A stretch of DNA of 64,000 bases. Source: Octopus vulgaris (taxonomy: Eukaryota). The position numbers and the translations under genes are program-made. The stretch covers positions 68,634,001 through 68,698,000 of the forward strand of contig OX597824.1 of assembly GCA_951406725.2 (NCBI GenBank), read 5' to 3'. The notes under the pieces are model-generated. The model made no database searches. It saw only the letters and a list, made by a program, of their open reading frames with translations, and was not told the origin of the DNA. Below, one piece after another: positions 1 to 16,967 of the stretch; position 1 is the stretch's first letter; every line of letters begins with the position of its first letter.

Positions 1-251
1 ATTACCTTTTGCCATTTGCTTACTTCGTCGTCACCTTCACCACACAACTAGTCTATTGGGTTCCCAAGAGAGAAGGAGCATGCTTTGAGAGTTATTGTCT
101 TGTAATTCTATTTTTTGTTATTTGGGGGTCCTTCAGTTGTTGCTGTTGGCTCTTGAGGTTCGGTACATTTTTATTGTTTCTATTACTGATGTTTCTATTG
201 TCCCTGTTGATGTTGCAATTGCTGTGGTAGTTGTGTTACAGTGGTAGAGAC

Positions 252-480
252 GGCGAGCTAGCAGAAACGTTAGCACGCCGGGCGAAATGCGTAGCCGTAT
301 TTCGTCTGCCGTTACGTTCTGAGTTCAAATTCCGCCGAGGTCGACTTTGCCTTTCATCCTTTCGGGGTCGATAAATTAAGGACCAGTTATGCACTGGGGT
401 CAATGTAACCGACTTAATCCGTTTGTCTGTCCTTGTTTGTCCCCTCTGTGTTTAGCCCCTTGTGGGTAGTAAAGAAACAG
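252..480 (+). mobile_element. SINE group A (tRNA-derived, Meta-like central domain), full length
   Basis: GGCGAGCT-GCAGAAACGTTAG head, GAGTTCAAATTCC B-box, GACTTTGCCTTTCATCCTTTCGGGGTCGATAAA core, tail ...GTAGTAAAGAAA; many copies in the window. Confidence 0.85.
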
Positions 481-897
481 GTACTGTTGTTACAGCTATT
501 TCGGTGGCTGGATACTTGTTTTAGCGACGCAGTTATTGTCGTTACTGTTGTTGTGGCCACACGCAGCCGTTGGCATTATAACTGCTTTTGCTGTAGGTGT
601 AGTTGCTTCGGTGATGATAATATCAGCTGAGGTGGGGTTCTTGTTTCTCTCTTCTTTTCAAGCTGAAAACAGAAAACATTGAAATAGTCTATGTCATCAC
701 ACAATTAACATATTGGCTTTCCGCTCTCATTTTCTTTGTAGAATCGTGACCCGTGTGGGAAGATTAATCAGATCCAGGATGGATTCCATAATTTCATGAT
801 TTGTTTGGATCAATAGTTTATTCCTTCACCGGACTAGAACTCTTTATTCTTATTACTTTACGACCAAAAATAGATTAATATGATGACTACTGTGTTA

Positions 898-1490
898 GGT
901 GGCGGAATCGTTAGCACACCGGGCGAAATGCTTAGCCGTATTTCGTCTGCCGTTATGTTCTGAGTTCAAATTCCGCCGAGGTCGACTTTGCCTTTCATCC
1001 TTTCGGGGTCGATTAAATAACTACCAGTTACGCAATGGGGTCGATATATATTTCTTTACTGCCCACAAGGGGCTAAACATAGAGGGGACAAACAAGGACA
1101 GACAAAGGGATTAAGTCGATTACATCGACCCCAGTGCGTAACTGGTACTTTATTTATCGAGGAGGAAAGGCAAAGTCGACCTCGGCAGAATTTGAAGCTG
1201 GGGTCGATATAAGCGACTTAATCCCTTTGTCTGTCCTTGTTTGTCCCCTCTATGTTTAGCCCCTTGTGGGCAGTAAAGAAATAAGAATCTTTAGCACGCT
1301 GGGAAAATTACTAAACCACATTTCTTCCGTCTTTAGGTTCTGTATTCAAATTCCGCAGAGGTCGACTTCAGTTTTTATCCCCTTAGGAGTCGATAAAAAA
1401 AGTACCAGTTGATCACTGGGGTCGATAAAATCAGCTTGAACCACCTCCACTACGAAATTGCTGTCCTTATGCCAAAATGTGAAACTAATA
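898..1490. mobile_element. SINE A cluster: forward copy with an antisense copy nested at ~1049-1196, followed by a degenerate copy
   Basis: Same family motifs on both strands; TGGGGTCGATATA is repeated either side of the inverted piece. Confidence 0.75.
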
Positions 1491-1651
1491 TGACGTCCAG
1501 TGTTATCCAGTCTACTCCTCGGTTGCCGGGGACTGCTTCCCGGTGTCATCCTTTGTCGGAAATCTCTCTACTGTGCTATACTTTCCCCCATGGCAATGTA
1601 TGTTCTGGGACCCTATATGTATTTGAGGCCATTTCCTTACCTGCTCTTTTC

Positions 1652-2046
1652 CTCTTTTACTTGTTTCAGTCATTTGACTGCGGCCATGCTGGAGCACCGC
1701 CTTTAGTCGAGAAAATCGATCCCAGGAATTATTCTTTGCAAGCCCAGTACTTATTCTATCGGACTATTTTGCCGAACCGCTAAGTTACGGAGACGTAAGC
1801 ACACTAGCATCGGTTGTCAAGCGATGCTGCGGGGGTAGAGACGGCACGGACACAAACATATACACACATATACATATACATACATATATACATATATACG
1901 ACGGGCTTCTTTCAGTTTCCGTCTACCAAATCCACTCACAAGCCTTTTGTTGGCTCGAGGCTATAGTAGAAGACATTCGCCCAAGGTGTCACGCAGTGGG
2001 ACTGAACCCGGAACCATGTGGTTGGTAAGCAAGCTACTTACCACAG
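1652..2046 (-). mobile_element. SINE group B (internal microsatellite, LINE-like 3' tail)
   Basis: Reverse complement gives GGTTCCGGGTTCAGTCCCACTGCG head and GGCGGTGCTCCAGCATGGCCGCAGTCAAATGACTGAAACAAG tail; more than 10 copies in the window. Confidence 0.85.
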
Positions 2047-2429
2047 AGCCTTTTCTGATCTTTTCTTCCTGTCATTTTGACGACACTAGTTTTGAGGTTG
2101 GTTACCAAATAGATTCCAATATGTTTTAAGTTACGTTTCGTCCAAAACTCATAACCATGTTTTACGCATTTTAAATTTTTGTGATGATAAAATAACTTCA
2201 ATCTGCTGGACAACATTAACGAACCCGTCAACGCTAGATTTGTAAATGATTGTTTCTGGTGTTTTTTTTTCATTTATTTTGGGTGTGTTTCTAGTTCGTC
2301 TCAATGGCGTTGGTAACAGGAGAAAAATAAGCGAGAAATTTAATAATTTAGTGTTTTATTAAAGCGGCGAGGTAGCAGAATCGTTACCACGCCGGGTAAA
2401 ACACTTATCGGCGTTTAGTCCGTCTTTAT

Positions 2430-2611
2430 ATTTCGTTTTTGGATTTGGTTTGCAAGATTCTTTATATGAGTTCGTGTGTTGAAGCATATTCTGTTGTGTC
2501 TATGGAAAGTCATTTTCTCTTTGTGCCTTATAATGTAACACACTCACCAGTAAAATTTCCACTTATTTCTTATTTTTATTTTCCTAAAATTTTCGTTGCG
2601 TCTTGCAACCT

Positions 2612-2656
<45 letters not shown>

Positions 2657-3103
2657 ATATACAAACACGGACATGCAAGCACATGAATATGCAGAATACA
2701 TACATACAGATGCACACACATACATACATATATACATATGTACACACACACATATATACATACACACACATGCATACATACATACATACATGCATACATA
2801 CATACATATATACATACAGACATACATACACACATACATACGTACATGCATGCATAGGCACACACACACACACGCACACACACACACGCACACACACATA
2901 CACACACTGACCCACACACATGCGCACAGACAAACAAAACGGAACGCAGTGTAAGTAACGGACAGAGTCAAGACTATTGAAAAGGTTGCAAGACGCAACG
3001 AAAATTTTAGGAAAATAAAAATAAGAAATAAGAGGAAATTTAACCGGTGAGTGTGTTAAATTATAAGACACAAAAAGAAAATGACTCTCCCCAGACACAA
3101 CAG
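2430..3103. mobile_element. Inverted-repeat element with hammerhead-like motif and CA/CATA microsatellite core (Penelope pLTR-like, non-autonomous)
   Basis: 2430-2616 is an inverted copy of ~2978-3103; 13-bp direct repeat AGTCCGTCTTTAT at 2417-2429 and 3104-3116; third arm copy at ~31661-31785. Confidence 0.7.
2974..3010 (+). ncRNA. Minimal type I hammerhead-like motif (U3-A8 variant)
   Basis: CTA-TTGAAAA-G-GTTGC aagac GCAAC-GAAA-AT-TT-TAG: stem I CTA/TAG, 5-bp stem II, palindromic stem III region. Confidence 0.5.
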
Positions 3104-3428
3104 AGTCCGTCTTTATGTTCTGACTTCAAGTGTCGCTGGGGTCGACTTTGGCTGTCATCCTTTCGGGGTCAATAAAATAAGTACCAGTTGGGTACTGGGG
3201 TCGGTGTAATCGACTTATCCCCTCTCCTGAAATTACTGGTCTTGTGGTAAAATTTGATTCCAATATTTTTTGTTCTGTTCTTCATTCTCATTTTTGCTGT
3301 GATTTTCGTTTATGTTGCTACTGTTGTTGGTTTTAATTTTTGTTGTTGTTATTGCTGTTGTTGTTGTTACTTCAGTTAGGTCGCGTGGTGGAACTGGTAA
3401 GGATTAAGGTGGTACTTTGTTTTAGAAG

Positions 3429-3715
3429 AAGGCGCAATGGCCCAGTGGTTAGGGCAGCGGGCTCGTGGTCGGAGAATCGCGGGCGTTGTGTGTGTTTCTT
3501 GAGCGAAAACACCTAGCCCCACGAGGCTCCGGCAGGGGGTGGTGGTGACCTCTGTTGTACTCAATTGTCACAACTTTCTCTCACTCTCTCTTCCTCTTCC
3601 TTGAGTAACGCTGCGATGGACTGGTGTCCCGTCCAGCTGGTGGGGAAACATACGCCACAGAAGCCGGGAAACCGGGCCCATGAGCCTGGCTAGGCTTGAA
3701 AAGGGTGACGTTTAT
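3429..3715 (+). mobile_element. SINE group C (tRNA-Arg-like head)
   Basis: GGCGCAATGGCCCAGTGGTTAGGGCAGCGG head; body shared with 31951-32255 and 48712-49016. Confidence 0.8.
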
Positions 3716-4749
3716 AGTTTTTTGTTTTAGAAGCAGAAACGCAGCATCAAAACAGTTCGTGAAACTTTTGTGAAAATTTAAGTTTTTGAGAAATAAAAAG
3801 AAACAAAAAACAAAAATAAAACCAAAACATTTTTACAAAAATTAATTACAAATTCTGTCCCAAAGGGCGAAAATACATCGAAACCGAGCAGCTCCTCACA
3901 ACCTTCGAGATCTTAAACAAAAATGTTTGAATACGAATCCTTGAAAGACAGTTAATAATGTAAACTTAACGAGCGACTTGAAGCGCGCATGTTGTTGGCA
4001 CCATAATCACCACCACCAACACCACTATCACAACAACAGCAACAATAGCAAAAACAACAACAACGACAACAACAGCAATAATAATAATAGAAAAGTAAAG
4101 ACAATATATATCCATGTAGACAAATGGCGTCCGTTTTTATAATCGGAGAAATGTCACGTCTTCAATGACCGGAAGTGTGAAATGCCAATCTTTTACTTAG
4201 CTTGCTCTCTGTGATATTCAAGTGGTAAACATTTGCTTTATTAAAACAAAAGTCAATTAAGGACACTCCTTTTGCTGAAAGGAATGTGCTAAACGAGTCA
4301 ACGACGGTGGTAGTGGTGGAGTCGGTCGATTTTTTTACTCTCGCCCCACCATCCAAACCACACGCTGCCGTCTTTTAAACAAGAGAAGACATATTAGGTA
4401 ACGAAGTCCTAGATTCCGTTTCAGTTTGATAATATGCTTTATAGATACACATACACATACGCATACACAACATACATACTAGCAGAATAGGCCATCGTTG
4501 CGTGGCAATTTTCACCATGGAATGCCTTTCTTTCAATTTTTTTTTTAATTCCACGTCAGACTATGTTCTCTCCGATGTATAGGCTTCTTGATCATGACGG
4601 ATTTCTGCACTATTTGGGGCAATTTATAATGTCTCGATAAACGAAGATATTGTTTCTCCATTTGGTGTATAGATGTAAAGAGTTTTCTTCGCTCGCTGCT
4701 TAATCCTTTGTGAGGGTCTGTCGCCGTAATGAAATTACTTAGACACGTG

Positions 4750-4786
<37 letters not shown>

Positions 4787-4904
4787 CGCGAGCGCTATTC
4801 ATATGCAGAGAAAGAGCAAGAGAGTGTGTAATAAATATATATAGAGAGGTGGAAAATTTACAAAGAAAAGTGTTAAAGACAGAAAGACACAGATAGACAG
4901 ATTC

Positions 4905-5330
4905 TTTTCTACCTTAGGTACAAGGCCCGAAAATTTTGGAAAGGGGTCCAGTCGATTAGATTGACCACAGTATGCAACTGGTAATCAATTAATCGATACC
5001 GAAAGGATGAAAAGCAAAGTCGACTTCGGCCGAATTTGACCTCAGAACTAAAGACAGACGAAATACCGCTAAGCATTTCGCCCGGCGTGCTAACGTTCCT
5101 TATTTCTTTATTACCCACAAGGGGCTAAACATAGAGAGGACAAACAAGGACAGACAAACGGATTAAGTCGATTATATCGACCACAGTGCGTAACTGGTAT
5201 TTATTTAATCGACCCTGAAAGGCTGAAAGGCAAAGTCGACCTCGGCGGAATTTGAACTCAGAATGTGGCGACAGGCGAAATACCGCTGAGCATTTCGCCC
5301 GGCGTGCTAACGTTTCTGCCAGCTCGCCGT
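4905..5330 (-). mobile_element. SINE A head-to-tail dimer
   Basis: Two family cores in tandem; the tail of one abuts AACGTTAGCACGCC of the next at ~5097. Confidence 0.8.
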
Positions 5331-5576
5331 CTTCACAGATAGACAGATTGAGCGACTGATCTTTTCTGTTGCTGTCGCAGATTCTGAAATTTTAAAATTA
5401 AGTGAAAATTTTCAAATTTGGTATATTGATGTAATTTTTCCCGCTGATTTCGATCTCGGAATTCATTTATTCCAGAAAAGTTTTAGAAAAATGTTACAGT
5501 GGTTTAAAGTTTGATACTTTTTACCCAACCAGCAGATAGGATTCAGATATAGTATTATGAGCTTAAGCATGGCGTA

Positions 5577-6780
5577 TTAAACCAGCACGTGATCTATACC
5601 TGAGAAATCACAATGTGGACAATGGTGGCTTGAGGGACAACTTTTGTTCTGTTGGTTTCTTTTCCTGTTTTCCCGAAACTGCTTTCGTTGTTTTACCCTT
5701 TGCATTTCGAAAAAGTACTCTCGCAAGATTCTCAGTTTTTTCCTAATACTCAGGCGTTTCAAATTATCTTTTTATTTCTTCTTATATCGTAGAAGTGGCC
5801 GGTCTACATCATGTCGTGAATTTACAAGCCGACCACGAAAGATTTGTTTTGGAATTCGACCACAGTTCATGCGAAGGATATGTCCATACATACACATCTG
5901 AGTCTTGATCAATAAAGTCTCTATACCAGATATTCCACACATTTCCAGGATGGTGTTATTCTTCAGACTAATACCCCACTCACCATAAAATATTTGCCTG
6001 AGACATCATATATGAAAGTTGTACAGCTGACTGATGTGACTACGATAGGGTGTCCAAGTCTCTGCTCCATATAAAATAGTTATTGGACAACTAATTTATA
6101 TATGTCAAATTTTGTCCTTACTGAGATATTCTGGGCATTCCAAAGTCGATCCTAAAGCTTCTAAAAAACTGTACCGGCTTTTCCAATGTGTGTTTGAACC
6201 TCTCTATCAACTTTAGTACCACTTGTTGCTGTAGAACCCAAATGGATTTGGAAGCACTCCGTCGGTTACGATGATGAGGGTTCCGGTTGATCCGAATCAA
6301 CGGAACAGCCTGCTCGTGAAATTAACGTGTAAGTGGCTGAGCACTCCACAGACACGTGTACCCTTAACGTAGTTCTCGGCGATATTCAGCGTGACACAGA
6401 GAGTGACAAGGCCGGCCCTTTGAAATACAGGGGTACAACAGAAACAGGAAGTAAGAGTGAGAGAAAGTTGTGGTGAAAGAGTACAGCAGGGATCACCACC
6501 ATCCCCTGCCGGAGCCTCGTGGAGCTTTAGGTGTTTTCGCTCAATAAACACTCACAACGCCCGGTCTGGGAAGAACCCAAATACGCGAAAGCATTAACGG
6601 TTTTCAGACTTTGCCTTCAAGACACACGCCAGGCAAGATACTTAGATTGTTGCCAGCACGTGGCTAATACAACAGTTCAGTCTTTTTTATGTTGATAGTC
6701 AAGCTAAAAGATCTGTCTGCTGCAAATCTGTCAGTGATGTGGTGGATGTCCTCGAGTATATGAGCAAATAGGGCACAATC
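5577..6780 (-). pseudogene. Decayed RTE-clade LINE reverse transcriptase, interrupted by a SINE C at ~6275-6572
   Basis: Manual translation gives DCALFAH...SLTINIKKTE, LGST...VDREV..HIGKA, ILYGAETWTPYR, GHILRMNCGRIPKQIF, RPLLRYK, with stops and frameshifts. Confidence 0.75.
6275..6572 (-). mobile_element. SINE C variant with a different 3' tail
   Basis: Shares AAAACACCTAAAGCTCCACGAGGCTCCGGCAGGGG body with other C copies; distinct tail. Confidence 0.7.
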
Positions 6781-6928
6781 TTGTGTGTGTGTGTGTGTGT
6801 GTGCGTGTGTGAGGTTGCTCATGGCCAAAAGCTTAATTTCATCTTTGTTTCATCAGGCTTACGATAAGTACAAAACATAAGACAACAACCACCTGAACAA
6901 CTCCCACCACCACCACCACCACCACCAC

Positions 6929-6998
<70 letters not shown>

Positions 6999-7101
6999 CG
7001 TGACCGACCAGGCTATCAGGTGTTGCGTACACGCTGGTCACAATGCGCTTCGCATTGTTTTAGTCTTCAAATGACGCCACCCCGCTGCCTAAGCGAGTAG
7101 G

Positions 7102-7143
<42 letters not shown>

Positions 7144-7250
7144 TGCATATATAGGTACAGGACGTCGGCAACAGTAAGCAACATGAAATACGAAAACAAA
7201 TGAGTTCTATACGCAAACAACGATGCATATATATATGTTTCCTCCAAGTA

Positions 7251-7308
<58 letters not shown>

Positions 7309-7314
7309 AATGTT

Positions 7315-7622
7315 CGTAGCCACTTCAACATTGATGATTGTTGCAAAATCAGCGATTGTGTGTCGCTTGAATATCTCTTGAATATTGTGAGCAGAGGTGA
7401 GCTACTGCCATCTCTAGCAATACTGAAGAATGGCAAAAAATAGCCCGAAACGAGGCTGGTCTGCTGATCGCGTCGCCAGAAGGTGGTAGGGGTTCGCTCC
7501 CTTGCTCGCAATCTATCGGATGCAGCTATGCATCGTTAAACAGCTAGAGGAGATGTTCTCATGCGGTTAAAAATTTGCATTAAAGTTCGTTTAAACAGAA
7601 CAGCCATGATGAAGTGACTACA
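7315..7622. mobile_element. Possible MITE or solo LTR
   Basis: Imperfect terminal inverted repeat GTAGCCACTTCAACAT / ATGATGAAGTGACTAC; no TSD seen. Confidence 0.3.
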
Positions 7623-8021
7623 AGCATTAGTTGTTAGTATAACTACTGCGTTGATCTCTTAGAGAGATTTTAGAACTAACTTTTTTGCTTGTATATATAT
7701 ATGTGTGTGTATTGTGGGGGGGGGGGGTATGTGCAATGGGCTTCCACCCAATTTCTGACTACCAAATTCACTCAAAAGGCATAGTAGAAGACATTTGTCC
7801 AAAGGTACCACTCAGTGGGATTAAACGTTTAACCACGAGGCTGCAAAGCGAGTTGCTTAACTACACAGCCATGCCTGATGTGTGGAAAACAAGCATTTAA
7901 AACATTTTGTTTTAAAGAATTCGAAACAGGCCAGCTTGACGGGTTTTAAGTAGCTTTACTCCATATCGTGTATACAAGGATTTAACTGGAAGCGAATCTG
8001 ATGTTACAGTATGTGGAATGC

Positions 8022-8508
8022 TATTGACTTTTCTTTTAATTGACCATGACTTTAGATGTAGGGGCTCATGGTCAATTAAATGTATAGTCCGATGATGGCT
8101 TAGCTGGTCGAGACTTCGAAGTTACTGTCAACAATATTCTTATATAAGAATAATGGCTATAATATATATATATATATATTCGCACACATACACACACATA
8201 TATTGGGTCATCCCATAAATAATGCAGTGTTTTCAATTGCATGAACTAAAATTCGGTGGGGGACGGGATAAACTACCTGCATCGACTTGCTATAAAAGCA
8301 GGTAGTAATTTTACCATGTCCTTATTCTTAGTGCAAGTTTTGAAGAGTGCAGTTCGATTTATATATATATATTATAGTTATTATGACAAGAGTGTTGTTG
8401 ACAGTGACTTCTAAGTTTCGTCCAGCTAAGCCATCGTCGGACTATACATTTAATTGATTTTAACCTCCTAGATTTTTAGGTCATGGTCAATTAAAGGAAA
8501 AGTCAATA
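8022..8508. repeat. Inverted pair (8022-8142 and 8388-8508), each arm with a hammerhead-like motif; a mariner-type terminal fragment (8201-8360) lies between
   Basis: Arms are reverse complements; AGT-CCGATGA...GA(G/A)ACTT-CG-AAGT(T/C)-ACT; TATTGGGTCATCCCATAAATAATGC resembles a mariner TIR. Confidence 0.65.
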
Positions 8509-8544
8509 ATTAACAAAGCTATTAATTTCAGGATAGTCTATGAT

Positions 8545-8760
8545 AATTATTTCAAATTTTTGCCACAAAGGCAGCTTGGTTGAGTCGGGGACGAGTCGAT
8601 TACATCGATCCCAGTGTTCAGGTGGTTCTTATTTTATCAACCCCGAAAGGACGACAAGCAAAGTCGACCTTGGTGGAATTTGAACTCAGAATATAGCAAC
8701 AGGCGAAATACCACTAAGCATTCCGTTCGGCGTGCTAATGATTCTGTCAGCTCGCCGCTT
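8545..8760 (-). mobile_element. SINE A, diverged
   Basis: Family core and head motifs on the minus strand. Confidence 0.7.
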
Positions 8761-10183
8761 TAATATAATCTATAATAATAAAAGCGAAATTTTGTCTGTC
8801 CGTCTGGGACCCTTATATCTCAGTCTATATTTGCTCTACGTAGAGATATTAAATCGTTTCGGAATCAAGATTATCTCGGGACTGAAAATCTGCCGTTCAT
8901 TTGGTTCTTGAAAAATCTTGCATTGAGATCTGACATAAAAGCATTTGGGCTGCTATTTCTAGCAGGTAAAGCTTGGCTGATTCATGCCATCTTGGTTGGC
9001 GTTTGTCAGATGACGCCAGAGATCAAACTGGCGACAAATGACATTCGCTTCGTTAATTTTACCTCGAGATAAGAACTTTGGGACAAATTGACCAACAGTT
9101 GGAATTCAACTTGGAACTGGTACAATAGAATGATTGCATTACAAAATTAATTTTCATACGTCCTTAACCTCCGATTAAAAACCACCGGGGCATATAGTCA
9201 TTACAGACGCATTATGGTCATGCTATTTAGCTCTGTTTAGCTTTGGGTCACAGGCCCCATAAGCCCTTCGTAGCAGCAAGCTTAAAATCCGCACGGAGTG
9301 CTGCTTTTAAGCTGGTATTCTAATAATTCAAACATGAACTGTTTCCTGATATGTGATCTCGTAGTGAAACAAAGCGGCAACACAAATTTTAACCAGCAGC
9401 CAAAGACAGTGCATCTAAACGTGACATGCTAGAAATAGCAAACGAATCATCTTCACATTGCACATTACCGTCGTATAACTACAATAAAGTGTTAGACACA
9501 CAACTTCTAGAATACATACATACATACATTCATACATGCATGCATACATACATACATACATACATACATACATTCAAACAAACATACATACATACATACA
9601 TACATACATACATACATACATACAAACATACATACATACATACATACATACATACATACATACATACATACATACAAACAAACATACATACATACATTCA
9701 TACATTCATACATACATACATACATACATACATACACACATATTTGATTCTGTGCACATGTTCGTCCGAAAACCTCAAATGGAAGATCCCGCAAATGTTC
9801 AATAAATTTTCACCATCCTTCTAATCAAGTGTCTCTGGAGAGGCGCTTGATTATTTGCTCTGTTCTTTCATGGAGACTACTAGCATTTCTAGTTGTATTT
9901 GTTTTTAATGCAGGCTGGTTGGCAAATGCAACAAGTGATAATAAGAATACATGAAAATCTATAACCAGGATATAAGAGCTGTAAGTCTCTCATTAGTTCT
10001 CCATACATGTTTTCCTTTCTCTGAGGCATTTACATTCGCTAGGCAGGTAATTTCTACGACGGTGCAACGACTTTTGTCGTATACAGCTATATATGGTCTG
10101 TTACGCTTGTACCACATTACAGTGCTTATTGGAATGTATATGTGTGTATGCATTTATATAAATATGTATGTATGTATGTAGTG

Positions 10184-10290
10184 AAGGCGCGTGGCTTAGT
10201 GGTTAGGGTATTCGGCTCGCGATCGTAGGGTCGCGAGTTCGATTCACTGAAAGGCGATGCTCCAGTATGGCTCCAACCTCTGGCGAAAAC
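10184..10290 (+). mobile_element. Short SINE: tRNA-like head joined directly to a LINE-like tail
   Basis: GGCGCGTGGCTTAGTGGTTAGG...GAGTTCGATTC followed by AAGGCGATGCTCCAGTATGGC. Confidence 0.55.
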
Positions 10291-10389
10291 CACCGAAAGA
10301 AAGAAGACATATATGAATACGTGTCTAAATATATATGACTGGTGCGTGTTTGTGTGTGTACGTGCGTGCGCGCGTATGTATGTATGTGT

Positions 10390-10540
10390 GTGTGACCGCG
10401 TTTGTACCGTTGGCGATTTTTTTTCTTCTGTCTTCCCTTCTCTGGATCTTTCTTTCTCCTATGTTTCCGACGAAGAGCTCCGCTCGAAACGTTAAACCCT
10501 CCTTCTTTCCTTCTTTCCTGAGCGTCCAATAATACTATAT
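10390..10540 (+). repeat. Dispersed pLTR-like repeat with hammerhead motif at 10463-10497; second copy at ~52400-52590 (-)
   Basis: GTTT-CCGACGA-A-GAGC tcc GCTC-GAAACGTTA-AAC; the other copy reads CTGACCA, so the consensus is CTGACGA. Confidence 0.6.
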
Positions 10541-10629
10541 CAATATCTATCTATCTATAATTATCTCTCTCTCTCTCTATATATATATATGTACATATAT
10601 ATATATATATATATATACACATAAGTGTA

Positions 10630-10699
<70 letters not shown>

Positions 10700-11089
10700 A
10701 GTAAGATAAATAGCCAGAGACAAAAAGACAGACGTTTGTGTAAATAACGAAAACACAAAAACAAAAGGCAAAAGCCAAAACTGTTAATGTAAGTAGAAAG
10801 ACTACACAAAATTATCATGGCATCCATTAGTTCCACACAACGTCAACTCATTTGTTAAATAAAGTTTTGGCATTGTTTTTAATTTCATATTTTCTCTATA
10901 TTAGTATTTGTTTTATGTTTTGTTTTGTTTCTCACATTTTTATCCAGTCTCTGCCAGCTGGGGAAGTTTTCCGAGTGAGGGCAATTGGTCAATGAGCTTA
11001 CAGTGCAGGCGGCTCTCTCATTGCCAGTCAGTCAAGCCTCGGAAAACTTCAATCAATCTGCGTGACAGGAAATCAAAGAATCACGCATC

Positions 11090-15270
<4,181 letters not shown>

Positions 15271-15706
15271 ACATGATTGTTATCATCAGCTCTATTGATA
15301 TTATGACATTGCTATCCGAATACGGTGCTCCAGTCATTAAGCCAGTGTTGTCTTCTTTTTTTTTATCATATTTTTGCATATCAATATTTTATTTGTAATG
15401 TTTTATTCATATTTTTCGAGATTTCTTTTTTTTATTCTTTGCAACCCAATGCCGCTTTTTCGGGTTCTTGTTTCGGCTTATGGAACCGTTGTGCAAAAAT
15501 ACATGAAACAAACGCTTCAGACAGAATGCTTAGCAACATTTCTTCTGGCTCTTCATGCTCTCATTCGAGCCTGAAGATGTCAGCTTTGCCTTTCATCCTT
15601 TTCGAGGTCGATAAAATAAAGTATCAGTCAAGCACTTAGAATGGATGTAATCGACATTCATACTACTCCTAAAAAAACTGCAGACCTTGAGCCAATACTA
15701 GAAAGA

Positions 15707-16070
<364 letters not shown>

Positions 16071-16376
16071 TTCCTTAGTTCTTCAATTTTTTCCCCCATT
16101 TCTCGCCGAGGGTTTTCCGTGCACCTAGAGCAGAGAAGCTCATTGACTGAAAGCTTGAGGAGGGAGAAGTGGCAGGGGCAGTAGCAAAATATCTTCTTGT
16201 AATATAACACAAGCATTTAAATTGATAGGGTTTTTCTAAGGAGGTGGGGGCTACTTGTTAGCAGCACAATCTTATGGATTTTTCTGAGACATGGTTCTCC
16301 TGGGATATTATCAAGATGTTTTTGATATTCTTTTCTTATCATACCCAGTGTACCCACAATAACAGGAACAATTCTC
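16071..16376 (-). mobile_element. 3' end of an R4/Dong-like (RLE-type) non-LTR retrotransposon
   Basis: 16375-16217 translates RIVPVIVGTLGMIRKEYQKHLDNIPGEPCLRKIHKIVLLTSSPHLLRKTLSI*; the 3' UTR runs straight into the TAA array. Confidence 0.7.
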
Positions 16377-16399
16377 GCTTATCATCATCATCATCATCG

Positions 16400-16845
<446 letters not shown>

Positions 16846-16869
16846 TTGGTAGTAGTAGTAGTAGTAGTG

Positions 16870-16967
<98 letters not shown>

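Larger units (their letters stand above)
2364..3260 (+). mobile_element. SINE A split in two (2364-2429 and 3104-3260) by an inserted element
   Basis: SINE sequence resumes at 3104 after a duplicated AGTCCGTCTTTAT. Confidence 0.7.

Noticed and set aside
577-682. Possible minus-strand terminal exon after a TTTTCTGTTTTCAG acceptor (LEKKRETRTPPQLILSSPKQLHLQQKQL*)
   Set aside because: No recognisable homology and no linked upstream exon
9290-9323. Small hairpin AGCTTAAAA...TTTTAAGCT as a miRNA
   Set aside because: Too short for a pre-miRNA and no match to conserved miRNAs I can recall
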